Shown here in pieces: positions 62,669 through 64,000 of a DNA stretch of 64,000 nt. Under the pieces are notes generated by a model. It was not told where the DNA came from, searched no databases, and worked only from the letters and a program-made list of their open reading frames with translations. The stretch spans positions 32,178,001-32,242,000 of the forward strand of contig NC_090335.1 of the NCBI RefSeq assembly GCF_035084215.1, written 5' to 3'. The position numbers and the translations under genes are program-made. Numbering within the stretch: position 1 is the stretch's first letter; every line of letters begins with the position of its first letter. The DNA comes from Heptranchias perlo. Taxonomy: Eukaryota.

Positions 62669-63678
62669 AGAAGTTGTGTCACCAGATGTTTGTCGGGTGC
62701 CAGTCTCGGCATCCCCGACGGACAGGCACTCGAGGGTGCGGCCGATCTGCAGGGCCTCCTGCTCCGCGTCTGTGAGGACCACTATTTGATGCGGCCTTCC
62801 CTTCAGTCCTCGCCCTATCGTGTGCATTCTGAGCTCTCTTCTCCTAGAAGGGGAGAAAGTACAGAAGTGTGAGTGGGTGAGGGTGAAGTGACCAACCAAT
62901 GAATGCATTGCTTTGGGTGAGGCTGACCGTGAAAGAGATGCATCAGAGGGTGAGTGTGAGACAGAGTCATCACATCGGATGAGGATTGGGGTGAGTGGTA
63001 GTGGTGGGGTGACTAATAGGGACGTGAGGAAGTGCTGGTAAGTTGAGGGTGAGCTTAAGTGGGTGTGAGGAGTGATGTGATGGAGTAGTCTTGGCAGTGC
63101 AAAATGAGTTGTGGCAGGGAGTTGGGGGGGGGAGGGCGGTGATATGGAACACGGAATGCAGGAGAATCAATAAGTGTACTCACTTTTGCTGACCTAGTTA
63201 GGTCATTGAAAAGCTTCCTGCACTGGACCCAGGTGCAGGAGATGTTGCTGCTGCTGGTGACCTCCTCTGCCACCTCGAGTCAAGCCTTCTTGGTGGCAGG
63301 TGCAAGGTACTTCCTTCCATCCATGGGGTAAAAGACTTCCCTCCTCCTCCTCACCTCATCCAGTAGCTGCTGCATCATTGAACCTTGGAGCAGCCTTGCC
63401 CCTGTGTTGCTCCATATTGTGTGTTTTTTGGTGTTTGCTCCAGCAAAAGCCATTGAAGCAATGGCCCTTTAAATATAGCCGCTCCAGCTGACAGCCTGTC
63501 ATGCGGATGTGCAGTCCGCCCACTGTGCAGCTTTCGGATGGCAAACCCGGAAGCCACGTAAAGGGCCACCAATTAACTTGCGATCACGTGGGAAACAGTA
63601 GGATTTTATTAGTTGGGTTCCCCGCGCGCCCACTGACCCCTCCACTGCCATCCCGCCACCCATACAAAATCAAGCCCC
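62669..63678 (-). mobile_element. Harbinger H2 fragment: one end plus Myb exons 1-2
   Basis: Reverse-complement homologue of 31446-32400 (MEQHRGKAAPRFND; WVQCRKLFNDLTRSAK); terminus aaaatcaagcccc. Confidence 0.9.
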
Positions 63679-64000
63679 ATTTGTGAAAAAGTTACAGTGA
63701 GTATGTGATCTGGCCTAAACTGTGCACTTTACCAAGTGCCATCTTGACATGACAAAGTCAGTTCTCGTTAATGGTAGGTTTAATTTTAATATAAATTGCG
63801 TCTTGTTAAGCTGGACACAAAACAGCCCAAAAATTCCAATAGCAAAGTCAGAACCAAGGTGGAACAGGACTTCCACCAGTTTTCAGGTATTGGTGTTGAA
63901 CCTGCCATAAATTGTTGGGTCATCTAATTTAAACAGGCAGAGGTGTGCAGGCTATGTAAATACAGTCTCCAACAGTTCAGATACACTAAGGCCTGGAGTG

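Noticed and set aside
56520-64000. Search for upstream GK exons (DQGTSS and NQRETT motifs)
   Set aside because: Not found; they are presumably beyond the window end.

Overview
Eukaryotic, repeat-rich vertebrate genomic DNA. It is most likely from a cartilaginous fish, inferred from DeuSINE/SacSINE1-like SINEs plus abundant CR1, Penelope and Harbinger elements. The backbone is a spliced glycerol kinase (GK) gene on the minus strand. Fourteen internal exons (1230 nt, from VWLDLRT at 56519 down to KSMGW at 12707) join in frame with matching phases; one intron has a GC donor. The 5' exons lie beyond the window. The 3' end is unresolved: no hydrophobic-tail exon was found, and there are several candidate terminal or cassette exons. 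Introns and the downstream flank hold many nested CR1 LINEs (one near full length with a zinc-finger/esterase ORF1), a second poly(A)-tailed CR1-group LINE family, L2 remnants, two two-gene PIF/Harbinger transposons plus fragments and MITEs, DeuSINEs, and a 5'-truncated Penelope element (RT + GIY-YIG). The most notable signals are a minimal hammerhead-ribozyme motif in the Penelope terminal repeat and two small TSD-flanked fold-back derivatives of that repeat, one with the ribozyme core in the loop of a perfect 56-bp stem. Several template-switch scars are also present. Nearly all ORFs in the supplied track are transposon fragments or chance ORFs. GK exon coordinates were read base by base; boundaries of decayed repeats are approximate. 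No database searches were run.
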